DNA of 64,000 nucleotides from positions 1,042 to 65,041 of the forward strand of contig JBDSDB010000203.1 of NCBI GenBank assembly GCA_039920785.1, written 5' to 3'. Shown one piece after another: positions 10,045 to 22,459 of this stretch. Source of the stretch: Gemmatimonadaceae bacterium. Its GTDB lineage: Bacteria > Gemmatimonadota > Gemmatimonadetes > Gemmatimonadales > Gemmatimonadaceae. How positions within the stretch are numbered: position 1 is the first letter of the stretch; each line of letters opens with the position of its first letter. The notes beneath the pieces are model-generated. The model saw only the letters and a program-made list of their open reading frames with translations, was not told the DNA's origin and searched no databases. The position numbers were made by a program, and so were the translations under genes.

Positions 10045-11101
10045 CGAGGCGCTCCTCGACGTCGGCCAGCTTGAGCGCATCGATGATCGGCTCGATGTGC
10101 CCGTCCATCACGCCCGGCAGATCATGCGTCGTGTACCCGATGCGATGGTCCGTGATGCGGCTCTGTGGATAGTTGTAGGTGCGGATCTTCGCCGAGCGGT
10201 CGCCGGTCCCGACCTGCGACTTCCGCATCTTCGACCGCGCTGCCTCCATCTCGCTCACGCGCAGATCCAGCAGCCGCGCGCGCAGCACTTCCATCGCCTT
10301 GATCTTGTTCTGCAATTGCGATTTCTGGTCCTGCTGCGACACGACCAATCCCGAGGGGATGTGCGTGATGCGTACCGCGGAATCCGTCGTGTTCACGCTC
10401 TGGCCGCCTGGCCCACTCGAGCGGAACACATCGATGCGGAGATCCTTGTCCTCGATCCGCACATCGACCTCTTCGGCCTCGGGAAGCACGGCGACGGTGG
10501 CGGCGGAGGTGTGGATGCGGCCCTGGGTCTCGGTGGCCGGGACGCGCTGCACGCGGTGTACCCCGCTCTCCCAGCGCATCGCGCCGAACGCTCCGTCACC
10601 GGAGACTTTGAACACCGCCTCCTTCACGCCACCGAGTGTTCCCTCGGAGTGCGAGATCGTCTCGCGGCGCCAGCCCCGGCGCTCGATGAACCGCGTGTAC
10701 ATGCGGAAGAGGTCCGCGGCGAACAGCGCGGCTTCGTCCCCGCCCGTGCCGGCGCGGAGCTCGATGATCGCGTTGCGATCGTCGAGTGGGTCGTGGGGGA
10801 GGAGGGCGGGCTTGAGCCGCTGCTCCAGGTCGGCGATCGACGCCTCCAGGCGCTCGACCTCCCGGGATGCCTCGGCGGCCATCTCGGGGTCGTCAATGAG
10901 AACGAGCTCGCGCGCGTCGGCGAGCTCGTTCTCTGACTTTTCCAGCTGTGCCGCCAACTCGAGGACCGGCTGGAGGCGTCGGTGCTCTCGTCCGAGCTCG
11001 GCGGCTTTGGTGCTGTCGCCGAAGGTGTCGGGGTTGGAGAGCAGCCGCTCCACCTCCGCCGCCTGGGCGAGGGTGTCGCCCAGCAGGTCGCGGAGGCTCA
11101 G
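10037..11101 (-). CDS. prfA: peptide chain release factor 1
   Basis: [12 protein letters not shown] (PxT anticodon-like motif) and SGPGGQSVN (GGQ). The N-terminal helix alignment puts the start close to the rpmE stop. No ATG/GTG/TTG is available there, so I assume the CTG at 11101 (see finding). Confidence 0.9.
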   Translation of the reverse strand: MSLRDLLGDTLAQAAEVERLLSNPDTFGDSTKAAELGREHRRLQPVLELAAQLEKSENELADARELVLIDDPEMAAEASREVERLEASIADLEQRLKPALLPHDPLDDRNAIIELRAGTGGDEAALFAADLFRMYTRFIERRGWRRETISHSEGTLGGVKEAVFKVSGDGAFGAMRWESGVHRVQRVPATETQGRIHTSAATVAVLPEAEEVDVRIEDKDLRIDVFRSSGPGGQSVNTTDSAVRITHIPSGLVVSQQDQKSQLQNKIKAMEVLRARLLDLRVSEMEAARSKMRKSQVGTGDRSAKIRTYNYPQSRITDHRIGYTTHDLPGVMDGHIEPIIDALKLADVEERLGG

Positions 11102-11105
11102 AGGC

Positions 11106-11327
11106 TCAGCTCTCCTTCGTCTCGACCGGCTTGGTCTGGTACTTCTGGCGGAAGCGCTCGACGCGGCCCGCGGTGTCGACCAGGCGCTGCTTGCCGGTGT
11201 AGAACGGGTGGCAGTCTGCGCACACGTCCGTGTGGATCGCAGCGATCGTCGAGCGCGTCTCAAAGGTGTTGCCGCACGCGCACTTCACGGTCGCGGTCGC
11301 GTACTCGGGATGGATTTCGGTCTTCAT
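11106..11327 (-). CDS. rpmE: 50S ribosomal protein L31
   Basis: MKTEIHPEY...CACG...[12 protein letters not shown] is the canonical L31 with the zinc-binding CxxC pair. Confidence 0.95.
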   Translation of the reverse strand: MKTEIHPEYATATVKCACGNTFETRSTIAAIHTDVCADCHPFYTGKQRLVDTAGRVERFRQKYQTKPVETKES

Positions 11328-11495
11328 TGGGAGCCCTGCCTGGCGAAAAGAGCAGTATCGGAAACAGCTTACGAATATACCCAGATCAAGGCCTAAAAGA
11401 CAAGCCGACAATGGCTTGCTCGTTTGACACGCCTCTCCGGCTCGCGTACGTTAGCCGGATTCCCCCGATTGGGTTCCCGACGACGGCCCCCGCCA

Positions 11496-12176
11496 ATGAC
11501 CGCCCAGACCGCCGATTTTCTCTCCAGCGTCCCGATGTTCAGCGGACTCCAGCGCGACGAGCTGCTCAAGTTCGCCGAGCTTACGCGCGAGCGCACCTAT
11601 CCCAAGGGGAGCGTCATCCTCTTCCAGGGCGATCCCGGCGACTCTCTCTACGTCCTGCGGCAAGGGCGCGTGAAAGTGGTGCTGATCGGCGAAGACGGCC
11701 GCGAGGTGATCCTCGGGGTGTTCGAGCCCGGCGCTCACTTCGGCGAACTCTCCCTCATAGACGACCAGCCGCGCTCGGCGCACGTCATCGCCATGGAGGA
11801 ATCGCAGCTGCTGATCCTCCGCCGCGAGGACTTCCGGCGGCGAGTGGAGGCGAATCCGACGGTCGCGTGGGCGTTGCTCTCCGAGCTGTCGCGGCGTCTA
11901 CGTCGCGCGGATCAGAAGATCGGAGGCCTCGTGCTGCTCGACGTGCCTGGCCGCATCTCCCGGCTCCTCCTCGACCTCTCGGCTGAGTCGGGGGGAGCGT
12001 CGATCGAGAAGCCACTCACGCATCAGACGATCGCACAGATGATCGGCGCGAGCCGCGAGACCGTCTCGCGGGCCATGAAGGAGTTCCAGGAAGAAGGGCT
12101 CATCCGAGTGGAGCGTCGCAAGATCGCCGTGGCGAATCGCGACGCGCTGGAGAAACGGGCACAGGTGCGGATGTGA
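11496..12176 (+). CDS. Crp/Fnr family transcriptional regulator
   Basis: cNMP-binding domain (FGELSLID, RSA) followed by a C-terminal HTH (TIAQMIGASRETVSRAMKEF). ATG at 11496 is preferred over the Arg-rich upstream extension. Confidence 0.85.
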   Translation: MTAQTADFLSSVPMFSGLQRDELLKFAELTRERTYPKGSVILFQGDPGDSLYVLRQGRVKVVLIGEDGREVILGVFEPGAHFGELSLIDDQPRSAHVIAMEESQLLILRREDFRRRVEANPTVAWALLSELSRRLRRADQKIGGLVLLDVPGRISRLLLDLSAESGGASIEKPLTHQTIAQMIGASRETVSRAMKEFQEEGLIRVERRKIAVANRDALEKRAQVRM

Positions 12177-12266
12177 CGTCGAGCACGACCAGGCCGTGAT
12201 GCCGTTCGTTGATCGGTCGCGTGTCACTCCGGTACTGTATAGGTCGCCTGTCGGGGAGTCAGCCGC

Positions 12267-13139
12267 ATGAGCCTCAGCCTTCGGTTCTGGGGCACGCGTG
12301 GATCGATCCCGAGCCCCGGGCACAGCACCGTCCGATACGGCGGAAACACTCCCTGCCTCGAGCTCAGGACGTCCGATGGATGGTTGATCATCCTGGACGC
12401 GGGGACGGGCATCCGGGAGCTGGGGCGCTCCCTGCTGGAGCTCGGAAATGGGACCCCCATCGCCGGCGACATATTCCTCACGCACGCCCATTGGGACCAC
12501 ATTCAGGGCATTCCCTTCTTCGCCCCGTTGTTCCGGAAGGGGAACCGCTTCACCATCTGGGGTTCCAAGTCGCTCCAGACGAGCATCGATCGGGTTGTTC
12601 GCGATCAGATGTCCCCCGTTGTCTTCCCTGTCTCGTTCGAAGAGTTGCAGGCCAGGATCGACTTCCAGGAGCTGGCGGAAGAGAGCCGGATGGGCAATGG
12701 TTATGAGGTGTCCGCCATCGGAGTCCGGCACCCCGGAGGCGCGCTGGGGTACCGCTTCTCATCGGGAAACGGACACGGTGGGGCACTCGTCTATATCTCG
12801 GACAACGAGCTGAGCACAGACGCGCGATACGCCGACTCGCCGGGATGGCGGGCGAAGCTGCTGGAGTTCGCGCGCGATGCCAGCGTGCTCGTGCACGATG
12901 CGATGTTCACCTCCGAGGAATACCAGTCGTTCGTGGGTTGGGGTCACTCGACGCACGAGCAGGCCGTGGAGCTGGCGCTGGACGCAAACGTGGAACGGCT
13001 CGTCCTGTTCCATCATCGGCCCGAACGAAGCGATGACGAGGTCGACCGCTGCGTGGACGTCTGCCGGGAGCTGGTGGCGCGGCGAGGAGGATCCCTTCAG
13101 GTGCTGGCCGCGGCCGAAGGATTGACACTACAGGTGTGA
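12267..13139 (+). CDS. MBL-fold metallo-hydrolase
   Basis: LTHAHWDHIQG (HxHxDH) motif. GGGGAG Shine-Dalgarno upstream. Confidence 0.8.
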   Translation: MSLSLRFWGTRGSIPSPGHSTVRYGGNTPCLELRTSDGWLIILDAGTGIRELGRSLLELGNGTPIAGDIFLTHAHWDHIQGIPFFAPLFRKGNRFTIWGSKSLQTSIDRVVRDQMSPVVFPVSFEELQARIDFQELAEESRMGNGYEVSAIGVRHPGGALGYRFSSGNGHGGALVYISDNELSTDARYADSPGWRAKLLEFARDASVLVHDAMFTSEEYQSFVGWGHSTHEQAVELALDANVERLVLFHHRPERSDDEVDRCVDVCRELVARRGGSLQVLAAAEGLTLQV

Positions 13140-13230
13140 TCGCTCGCGTCGGCTGTCGATAATGGAAGCAGTGGCGCGTTCGCGCCTCCGGCTGCGAGCG
13201 TAGACCGATGTACGAGTCTCGGAGGAGACC

Positions 13231-13968
13231 ATGACCCGCACTACACAGATCGCGTTGCTCGCCTTTGCCGCCGCTGGACTCGTCGCGCCTCGGGACGTGG
13301 TCGCACAGAGTGGCAAGCCGACGGTCGCCATCATGTACTTCAACAACAACGTCTTCACCAAGGACGCGCGCGACTACGATGGCCTTGCGAAGGGCGTGCC
13401 CGATTTCCTCATCACCGAGATGTCGGCAAACCAGGGGATCCGCGTCGTCGAGCGCGACCAGGTGCAGAAGCTCATCGACGAGCAGAAGCTCGTCGGAGCG
13501 GGTCAGGTCGATCGCGAGACGGCGGTGAAGGTGGGCAAGCTGCTCGGCGCCCAGCACATGATCTTCGGCGGCTTCATGGCCGATCCGAAAGGCAACTTCC
13601 GCATCGACGCGCGCGCCGTGAACGTCGAGACGGGAGCCGTCGAGTACACCGATCGCGTGCAGGACAAGTCCGACAACGTGCTCGCGCTGATCACGCAGCT
13701 CGCCGGCCGACTGAACTCCGGCCTCAAGCTGCCCGCCATGCCAACGCGGACCGGCGACGCCAGCCCCTCCTCCGGCGCGCGGCAGGCCGGCGCGCCGAGC
13801 GCGAAGAAGCTCCCGATGCGGTACGCCGTGATGTACGGCAAAGCGCTGGACATGACGGACAAGGGCGACAAGGACCGCGCCGTCGAACTGTTCAACGCCG
13901 TGTTGAAGGACTTTCCGGACTACACGCCGGCCAGGAACGGCATGGCCAAAGTGAAGACCGGGAGCTGA
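13231..13968 (+). CDS. CsgG/LpoB-like periplasmic protein with C-terminal TPR-like tail
   Basis: Signal peptide. VAIMYFNN...ITEMS...GIRVVERDQVQKLIDEQKL...GAQHMIFGGF is typical of the CsgG/FlgO/LpoB fold. The family assignment is tentative. Confidence 0.5.
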   Translation: MTRTTQIALLAFAAAGLVAPRDVVAQSGKPTVAIMYFNNNVFTKDARDYDGLAKGVPDFLITEMSANQGIRVVERDQVQKLIDEQKLVGAGQVDRETAVKVGKLLGAQHMIFGGFMADPKGNFRIDARAVNVETGAVEYTDRVQDKSDNVLALITQLAGRLNSGLKLPAMPTRTGDASPSSGARQAGAPSAKKLPMRYAVMYGKALDMTDKGDKDRAVELFNAVLKDFPDYTPARNGMAKVKTGS

Positions 13969-13983
13969 CCGCTCCGTCGTCTC

Positions 13984-14025
13984 GAACCCGCCGCTGCTCC
14001 AGGAGCAGCGGCGGGTTCGTCGTTT
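13984..14025 (+). terminator. intrinsic terminator
   Basis: GAACCCGCCGCTGCTCC / GGAGCAGCGGCGGGTTC near-perfect long hairpin followed by GTCGTTTC. Confidence 0.6.
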
Positions 14026-14047
14026 CACTCCCGCCTCGCCGCCGCCA

Positions 14048-16008
<1,961 letters not shown>

Positions 16009-16012
<4 letters not shown>

Positions 16013-17304
16013 GTCGTGAACGGCTTTTCTTTAGGCGGCGTCATCGGCCGCACCGGCGCCGGCGCGATCTGAGGCAGCGCCAGCGCCCACGCGAGCGCGA
16101 GGTGCACGGGGAAGAACAGCGCGACGATGGCGCGGTTCTCCTGCCCGCCCGGCAGCAGTGACAGCAGCAGCCCGAGCGTGGCGATGGCCAGCACCGCCAC
16201 CGCCGTGAGCCGCGCGATGCGCTGGTGGTGCTCGCGAAGGAGAGCGATCGGGATCAGCACAACCATCGCAAGCGACAGCGGTGAGAGCTGCAACAGGTTC
16301 TCATTCCGCGCCCAGAAGACGTGCTGCGTAGCCGTCCAGGCGAGGGTCAGGATCACGCCGACGAGCCCGCACACGAGCGACCACGCCATCGCGAACAGTG
16401 CCAGCCCCCACGCGGCACCGCGCCGGCTGATCGCCATGATGCGGAGACCCACGAGCAGTACGGCGAGCACGACGCCGACGACCGACAACCGCCACACGAG
16501 CCGCGGCGAGGTCTCTCGCTCTTCGACGACGGGCGAGCCGGGCAGCGGCTTGATGAACCTCTCGTCACTGACGAGCGGAACGCGCGCGCCGTCAGCGCCC
16601 AACACGGTGATCTCGCGCAGGCGATCGCGGAGCCGCATCGGGATGAAGAACGACTCCCAGTCGGTGAGCGGCGCGTCGGCCGGACGACCCAGTGCGATGT
16701 CGATGCCGGCCTGGATCGGCCTGTCGCCGTCCGTGAGTCGCACGCTCTCGCGGCGATAGCTCAACGACGTGCGCACGCTGTCCGTCGCGGCGTGGATCGC
16801 GCCGCCCAGCACGCGGTCGAGCGCGTCGCGCAGCCTCGTGGAGCAGTTGTCGAGGTAGTAGTCGTACCGGTAGTACTTGTTCTCCTCGAGCGCGTTCCAG
16901 CGCAGGAACTCACGCAGCGCGGCCTTCTGCGCGGGCGTGAGATTGAGACGCTGCAGCGTGATGGGACGTCCGATTTGCTGGTACGCTTCGAGCATCGCGC
17001 CCGCCTCGCTGGCCTGCATCCAGTAGCGTGTGTCGCCGGTGAGGAAGCGTCGCAGGAAGCCGGGTTGCTCGAAGTCGAAACGACCCCAATCGTACGCGAC
17101 GTCGATACCGCGCACGTTGTCGTGTAGCCAGATCGCGTTGTGTCCGAACCGCTCGAACACCTGTTGGCCGAGTCCGAAGGTGATCAGCGTGACGTCGAGC
17201 TCACTGCCGGGCTGCGCCGTCTGCTGCGCCACAGCCCGCACGGGCTGCATCGCCGCGAGCGTGAGTGCGATCGCGGCGACGAGCGTCCGGTTCCCGGCGC
17301 TCAC
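16009..17304 (-). CDS. DUF4105 (Lnb N-terminal periplasmic) domain membrane protein
   Basis: Signal peptide. FGHNAIWLHD core motif of DUF4105. C-terminal half has several TM helices. Confidence 0.7.
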
Positions 17305-18359
17305 AAGCGAATCTCCTTTCCCTCGTCGGCGGACTTGTAGATCGCTTCGATGACACGGTGCAGCAGGATCTGATCGGTCGGTGCCTCATACACGGCGTCG
17401 CCCGCGACCACGGCGGCAAAGTGCGCGAGCTCCGCCCGGTACGACTGGATGAAGGCGCTCTCGCGCGCCGCCGCACCTCGCGGCGAGACGTCCGTGGGGC
17501 GGCCGTGCAGCTCCTTCACGACCCGCAGCGGCGCGAGTCGCGTGCTCCCGCGCGTGGAGAGCGTCTCGAACCACCACCGCTCCTCCTCGCCCACATACGC
17601 GCCCGAGATGTCGAAGCTGAATGTCGTACCGTCAGTGCAGCGCACCTGCACCAGCATGGAATCCTCGACCGTATTCTTGCCGGCTCCTCGATCCATGTGC
17701 GCCACGACGCGCTCCGGAGCAGGGCCGTCCGCCAGCCAGAGCGCCAGGTCGATGAGCGGCACGCCGTAGTCGAAGAACGCGCCGCCGCCCGACTCGGCGC
17801 GCCGGTGGCGCCAGCCCTGCTCCGTGCGGCGATGATGATACGCACCCGCGCGGATGCCCGTGAGCTTCCCTAGCTCGTTTCCGCGCAGGAATCCGGCGAG
17901 CGCCTGGACGTCGCTGCGGAAGCGATGGTTGTTCGCCGCGAGCACCTTCCGGCCACCGCGTTCTGCCGCGTTGACGATCCGTTCGGCACCGCGCGCGCTC
18001 AGCGCCATCGGCCGCTCGCACAGCACGTCTACCCCCGCGGCGAGTGCGCTGAGCACGTGCGGCTCGTGAAGATGATTCGGAGTCGCGATCACCACCGCCT
18101 CGAGGCCCTCCGCCTCGAGCAGATCCTCGATGTCGGTGTACGCGTCGGGAATGTCGAATCGATCTGCCAGCGCCCGCGCCTTCGGCCGATCGTTGTCGCA
18201 GAGGGCGATCAGCTGCACTCCACGCATCTTCGAGAGCACGGGGAGGTGCGCGAGTTGCGAGATCGCACCCGCGCCGACCACGCCAACGCGGAGCGGTATC
18301 GTCGCCGAACGGGACTCACTGCGCTCCGCCGAGAGCGGTGCCTCACTGGATCGTGCCAA
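17301..18359 (-). CDS. Gfo/Idh/MocA family oxidoreductase
   Basis: LRVGVVGAGAISQ Rossmann motif and EKPMA-like CERPMA. The start is uncertain: TTG 18359, or GTG 18431/ATG 18461 overlapping the spoIID 3' end. Confidence 0.8.
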   Translation of the reverse strand: MARSSEAPLSAERSESRSATIPLRVGVVGAGAISQLAHLPVLSKMRGVQLIALCDNDRPKARALADRFDIPDAYTDIEDLLEAEGLEAVVIATPNHLHEPHVLSALAAGVDVLCERPMALSARGAERIVNAAERGGRKVLAANNHRFRSDVQALAGFLRGNELGKLTGIRAGAYHHRRTEQGWRHRRAESGGGAFFDYGVPLIDLALWLADGPAPERVVAHMDRGAGKNTVEDSMLVQVRCTDGTTFSFDISGAYVGEEERWWFETLSTRGSTRLAPLRVVKELHGRPTDVSPRGAAARESAFIQSYRAELAHFAAVVAGDAVYEAPTDQILLHRVIEAIYKSADEGKEIRL

Positions 18360-19665
18360 CGCTCGTGCCGGGATAGTAGGTGCGAAGGATCGTTCGGAAG
18401 TCCTGCCCCGCGCGCGCGCGGCCGATGGCACCGCTCTGGCACATGCCGATGCCGTGGCCATTGCCTCCGCCGCGCAGCGTCAAGCTCTGCACACCGCCGC
18501 GCCCCGCGACCGCGTCGACGGAAAAATAGGTGCTGTACAACAAGTCGCCACCCGGCGAACGCAGCGCCGAACGGATCTCGTTGCCCTTGAGCGTCCATCG
18601 GCCCCGGTCGGTCTGCACGGTCAACGTTCCCACCCGGCCCGCCGACGTGACAGAGGTGACGGTGACGTTCGTCACCGCGCCGATACCGCCGACACCGCCC
18701 GGCAGCGACCGGACGTAGCGTGCGATCGCCTGGCGCAGCTCGTCGCCGCCAAAGGTGCGCGTCCACCGGAATCGCGGTGCCTGGTCGCAGTAGAAGCGAT
18801 CCGTCCCGGGGATCTGGTCGCTCACGCGCTGCAAGAACGGCTCGGCCGACGAGTGCCACGAGTCCTGTGGCTCGGCCGTGATCCCGCCGCAGTTCGCGTG
18901 GTACGGCGCGTTGACGACGGTTCCGCCGTAGAGCAGCACGAGCCCCTCGGTCGACTCCACCGACTGATTCGCGACGTTCGTCTCCACGTCGGCGCCACCG
19001 TAGACCTGGTCCTGTACCGTCGCCGTCATGTCGAATGGGCGGCGCGTCCCACCGAGATGCGTGACGGCGTAGCTTCGCGCAGTCACCGCCTGGGCGTCCA
19101 CGGCGGCGGCGTCAGACGCCGCAGCGGTGCCGATTTCCAGCGGCACCACGCCGCGCAGATAGTCGTCCATTCGCAGGCGATTCACCACGACCAGGCCGCT
19201 GTCCGTGGACAGAATGGCCAGCTCGCCGCGCCATCGCTTGCCATTGAACGAGATCGTGGCACCCGGCTCGAGCGGTCGCACGATGAGTGGCGACTCCCGC
19301 CGCGGCACCGCGCGCGCGTCCTCGCGTCGCGCGCTCACGAGGCGCCCCTCCCGCTCGAGCATCCAGCGCTCGCGCGGCTCGGGAAGCGCGACGAGCGTCA
19401 CCCCGTCGGCCGCGTACATGCGCCACGGCCCGTCGGCCGTGAGGCGCACCTGCGGCAGCCGCGACGCGAGCAGGATGCGAACGACGCGCTCGGATGCATC
19501 GCGCGGCCCACGCACCGCGCGCTCGACGTCGCCACCCGACGAGACGGTGGTGGACGCGCCGCGGCGACCGTTGGTTGCCGTGCATGCCCCGATCACCGCG
19601 GCAATGGCCACCCACGCCGCGACTTCGCGGCGGAGGTTACGCGCGCGCCTCGGCAAGCGCCTCAT
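18343..19665 (-). CDS. SpoIID/LytB domain-containing protein
   Basis: AQAVTARSYA, NCGG and GHGIGMCQSGA motifs of the SpoIID amidase-enhancer family. ATG 19665 precedes a signal/TM segment. Confidence 0.85.
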   Translation of the reverse strand: MRRLPRRARNLRREVAAWVAIAAVIGACTATNGRRGASTTVSSGGDVERAVRGPRDASERVVRILLASRLPQVRLTADGPWRMYAADGVTLVALPEPRERWMLEREGRLVSARREDARAVPRRESPLIVRPLEPGATISFNGKRWRGELAILSTDSGLVVVNRLRMDDYLRGVVPLEIGTAAASDAAAVDAQAVTARSYAVTHLGGTRRPFDMTATVQDQVYGGADVETNVANQSVESTEGLVLLYGGTVVNAPYHANCGGITAEPQDSWHSSAEPFLQRVSDQIPGTDRFYCDQAPRFRWTRTFGGDELRQAIARYVRSLPGGVGGIGAVTNVTVTSVTSAGRVGTLTVQTDRGRWTLKGNEIRSALRSPGGDLLYSTYFSVDAVAGRGGVQSLTLRGGGNGHGIGMCQSGAIGRARAGQDFRTILRTYYPGTSVGTIQ

Positions 19666-20944
19666 CCAACCGCTCGAGCGTGAGCGCGATCTCGGCGTCG
19701 CCGTGCGCTGCGGAGGTGAACCCGGCCTCGAACGCCGACGGCGCGAGGTAGACCCCGCGCGCCAATGCCGCGTGGAAGAACCGGCGGAACAGCGCAACAT
19801 CCGCCGTCTTGGCGTCGGCGTACGAACGAACGGGCTCCTCGCGGAAGAAGAAACCGAACATCGATCCCGCGGAGTCGGCGGTGAACGGCACGCCGCGTCG
19901 CGCCGCGATGCCCCGCAGCCCTTCGACGAGCGCACGGGTACGCTGCGCGATCGACTCGTGCACGGCGGGCGTCAACGCGCGCAGCGTCGCGATGCCCGCC
20001 GCCATCGCCAGTGGATTGCCTGACAGCGTTCCTGCCTGATACACCGGGCCGCTAGGCGCAACCTGCGACATCAGCTCCCGCCGGCCACCGTACGCCGCCA
20101 CCGGCACACCGCCACCGATCACCTTGCCCAGCGTCGTGAGGTCCGCTCGCACACCGAACCGCTCCGCCGCCCCGCCAATCGCGATGCGAAATCCAGTCAT
20201 CACCTCGTCGAAGATGAGCAGCGCGCCATGCTCGTCCGCGAGTCGGCGCAGCGCCGGCAGGAACGCCGGATCCGGCGAAATGAATCCCGCGTTGCCGATC
20301 GCCGGCTCGACGATGATCGCCGCGACGCGACCGGCGTTCTGCCGTAGAACTGCGTCGGTGCTGTCCACATCATTGAACGGCGCGGTCAACGTCAGGGCTG
20401 CGAGCGCGTCGGGCACCCCGGGCGAGTTGGGAAGCCCGAGCGTCGCCACGCCGGAGCCAGCACGAACGAGGAAGCTGTCGCCATGCCCGTGATAGCATCC
20501 GTCGAACTTGAGCAGGAGATCGCGCCCAGTTGCAGCGCGTGCCACTCGCAGCGCGCTCATCGTGGCCTCGGTACCGCTGGAGACGAAGCGCAGCATCTCC
20601 ACGTGCGGCATGCGTTCGCGCACCAGCTCACCAAGGGTGATCTCGAGCTCCGTGGGAATGCCGAAGCTCGTGCCGCGCGACATCACGTCGCGCAGCGCGT
20701 CGAGCACAAAAGGATCCGCATGGCCGAGCACGAGCGGGCCCCACGACAGCACGTAGTCGATGTACTCGTTGCCGTCCACGTCCCAGATGCGCGCTCCCGC
20801 CCCGCGCTCCACCACGAACGGCTCACCGCCCACACCGCCGAACGCGCGCACCGGAGAGCTCACGCCTCCGGGGAAGAGCTCCTGCGCACGCGCCATCAGT
20901 TCATGCGAGCGCGCGGTGGCCCGGCTGCTGGCAACTGCACTCAC
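19637..20944 (-). CDS. hemL: glutamate-1-semialdehyde 2,1-aminomutase
   Basis: FPGGVSSPVRAF, SGTEATMSALRVAR and LIFDEVMTGFR. Full-length match in architecture. Confidence 0.95.
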   Translation of the reverse strand: MSAVASSRATARSHELMARAQELFPGGVSSPVRAFGGVGGEPFVVERGAGARIWDVDGNEYIDYVLSWGPLVLGHADPFVLDALRDVMSRGTSFGIPTELEITLGELVRERMPHVEMLRFVSSGTEATMSALRVARAATGRDLLLKFDGCYHGHGDSFLVRAGSGVATLGLPNSPGVPDALAALTLTAPFNDVDSTDAVLRQNAGRVAAIIVEPAIGNAGFISPDPAFLPALRRLADEHGALLIFDEVMTGFRIAIGGAAERFGVRADLTTLGKVIGGGVPVAAYGGRRELMSQVAPSGPVYQAGTLSGNPLAMAAGIATLRALTPAVHESIAQRTRALVEGLRGIAARRGVPFTADSAGSMFGFFFREEPVRSYADAKTADVALFRRFFHAALARGVYLAPSAFEAGFTSAAHGDAEIALTLERLDEALAEARA

Positions 20945-22326
20945 CGGCCGAAGCTCCCCATCGACGAACCCACTACGGGCAGCGCCATCCTGCGTGGAGT
21001 GATGCGCGCGCTTGGACGGTCGACCACGCGCAGCAATGCCGCGCGGAAATCGACGTCATCCTCGATGCCCTCGATCACCGCGTCCACGATCGTCCCCGGC
21101 GGCAGCAGCTCGGCGCCGTCGAGGAAGGTCACCCCGTCCACATCGTCGGCCTGCCACACGGTACGTGCCTCGGCCTCTCCGTCCACGACGCGATCGACCA
21201 TCGTGCGCACCGTGCGGCCGATGAACCGTTCGTAGCGTTCGCCGGTGATCTGGCGCTGCAGTTCCATCAGCCGCTCGAGCCGCTCACGCTTCACGGACTC
21301 CGGCACGTCGTCCACCATCTCCGCTGCCCGCGTGCCTTCCTGCGGCGAGTACGTGAACGCGCCCACGCGCTCGAACTGGATCTCTTCCAGAAAACCCATC
21401 AGCTGATGAAAGTCCTCGTCGGTCTCACCAGGAAAGCCGACGATGCACGTCGTCCGGATGGCGATGTCGGGCACGACGCCGCGAATCGTCGCGACCCGAT
21501 CGCGGATCGTGCGCTGGCGCTCGGGCCGCCGCATGCGCGCGAGCACCGCGTCGGACGCGTGCTGCATCGGCATGTCCAGATACGGAAGGATGCGCGACTC
21601 GCGCGCCATCACCTCCAGCAGGCGTGGCGTGATCCCGGAGCTGTACAGATAGAGCATGCGGAACCAGGGAATCTCCGTCTCCCGCACGAGTCCTTCCAGG
21701 AGCTCGGGCAGCGTGAACCCGTCGCGCCGATCACGTCCGTAGTGCGCGAGGTCCTGCGCAACGAGATTCACCTCGCGTGCTCCCTGTGCCTCGAGCAGCT
21801 GCGCCTCGCGCAGCACCTCGTCGAGCGCGAACGAGCGATGCTTGCCGCGCATCAGCGGGATCGCGCAGAACGCGCAGCCGTGGTCGCACCCTTCGCTCAC
21901 CTTGAGGTAGCGGATGTGGGCGGCGTCGCCGGTGAACAGGCGCACTCCCGGATGCACCGCCGGCTGGTCGTCGATCAGCCCACGCGCTTCGAGCTCGGGC
22001 AGCAGTCGGTCCATCTCCGACGCGCCGAGAAACAGATCCACCTCGGGAAGCGCCTCCGAGAGCTCGTCCTTGTGGCGCTGCACCATGCATCCCACGGCGA
22101 CGACCGCCTGGCACCGCCCGTCGTCCTTCATCCGGCCCGCTTCGATGATCGCGTCGAGCGACTCCTTCTTCGCCGCATCGATGAAGCCGCACGTGTTGAT
22201 CACGATCACGTTGGCCTGGGTCAGATCGTCGGTGTACTCCGCGCCGCGATCAGCGAGCTGCGCGAGGTAGCGCTCGCTGTCGACCGTGTTCTTGTCGCAG
22301 CCGAGTGTGATGAAACCGACTTTCAT
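20941..22326 (-). CDS. rimO: ribosomal protein S12 methylthiotransferase
   Basis: MKVGFITLGCDKNTVDSE N-terminus, CDHGCAFCAIP radical-SAM CxxxCxxC and a C-terminal TRAM domain. ATG 22326 is chosen over the junk extension. Confidence 0.95.
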   Translation of the reverse strand: MKVGFITLGCDKNTVDSERYLAQLADRGAEYTDDLTQANVIVINTCGFIDAAKKESLDAIIEAGRMKDDGRCQAVVAVGCMVQRHKDELSEALPEVDLFLGASEMDRLLPELEARGLIDDQPAVHPGVRLFTGDAAHIRYLKVSEGCDHGCAFCAIPLMRGKHRSFALDEVLREAQLLEAQGAREVNLVAQDLAHYGRDRRDGFTLPELLEGLVRETEIPWFRMLYLYSSGITPRLLEVMARESRILPYLDMPMQHASDAVLARMRRPERQRTIRDRVATIRGVVPDIAIRTTCIVGFPGETDEDFHQLMGFLEEIQFERVGAFTYSPQEGTRAAEMVDDVPESVKRERLERLMELQRQITGERYERFIGRTVRTMVDRVVDGEAEARTVWQADDVDGVTFLDGAELLPPGTIVDAVIEGIEDDVDFRAALLRVVDRPSARITPRRMALPVVGSSMGSFGR

Positions 22327-22459
22327 GCGGAGCCGACCGTGGCGGGCGAAGCGAAGCGTCCAGTGTGCGCGTCGGGCTGGACGCCGAAGGATAGTGACTG
22401 AAGTAAGGTAGCTTACTCTATGGCCCGGCTGTAGTTCCGCGTCCAACCGCCTCCGTCTC

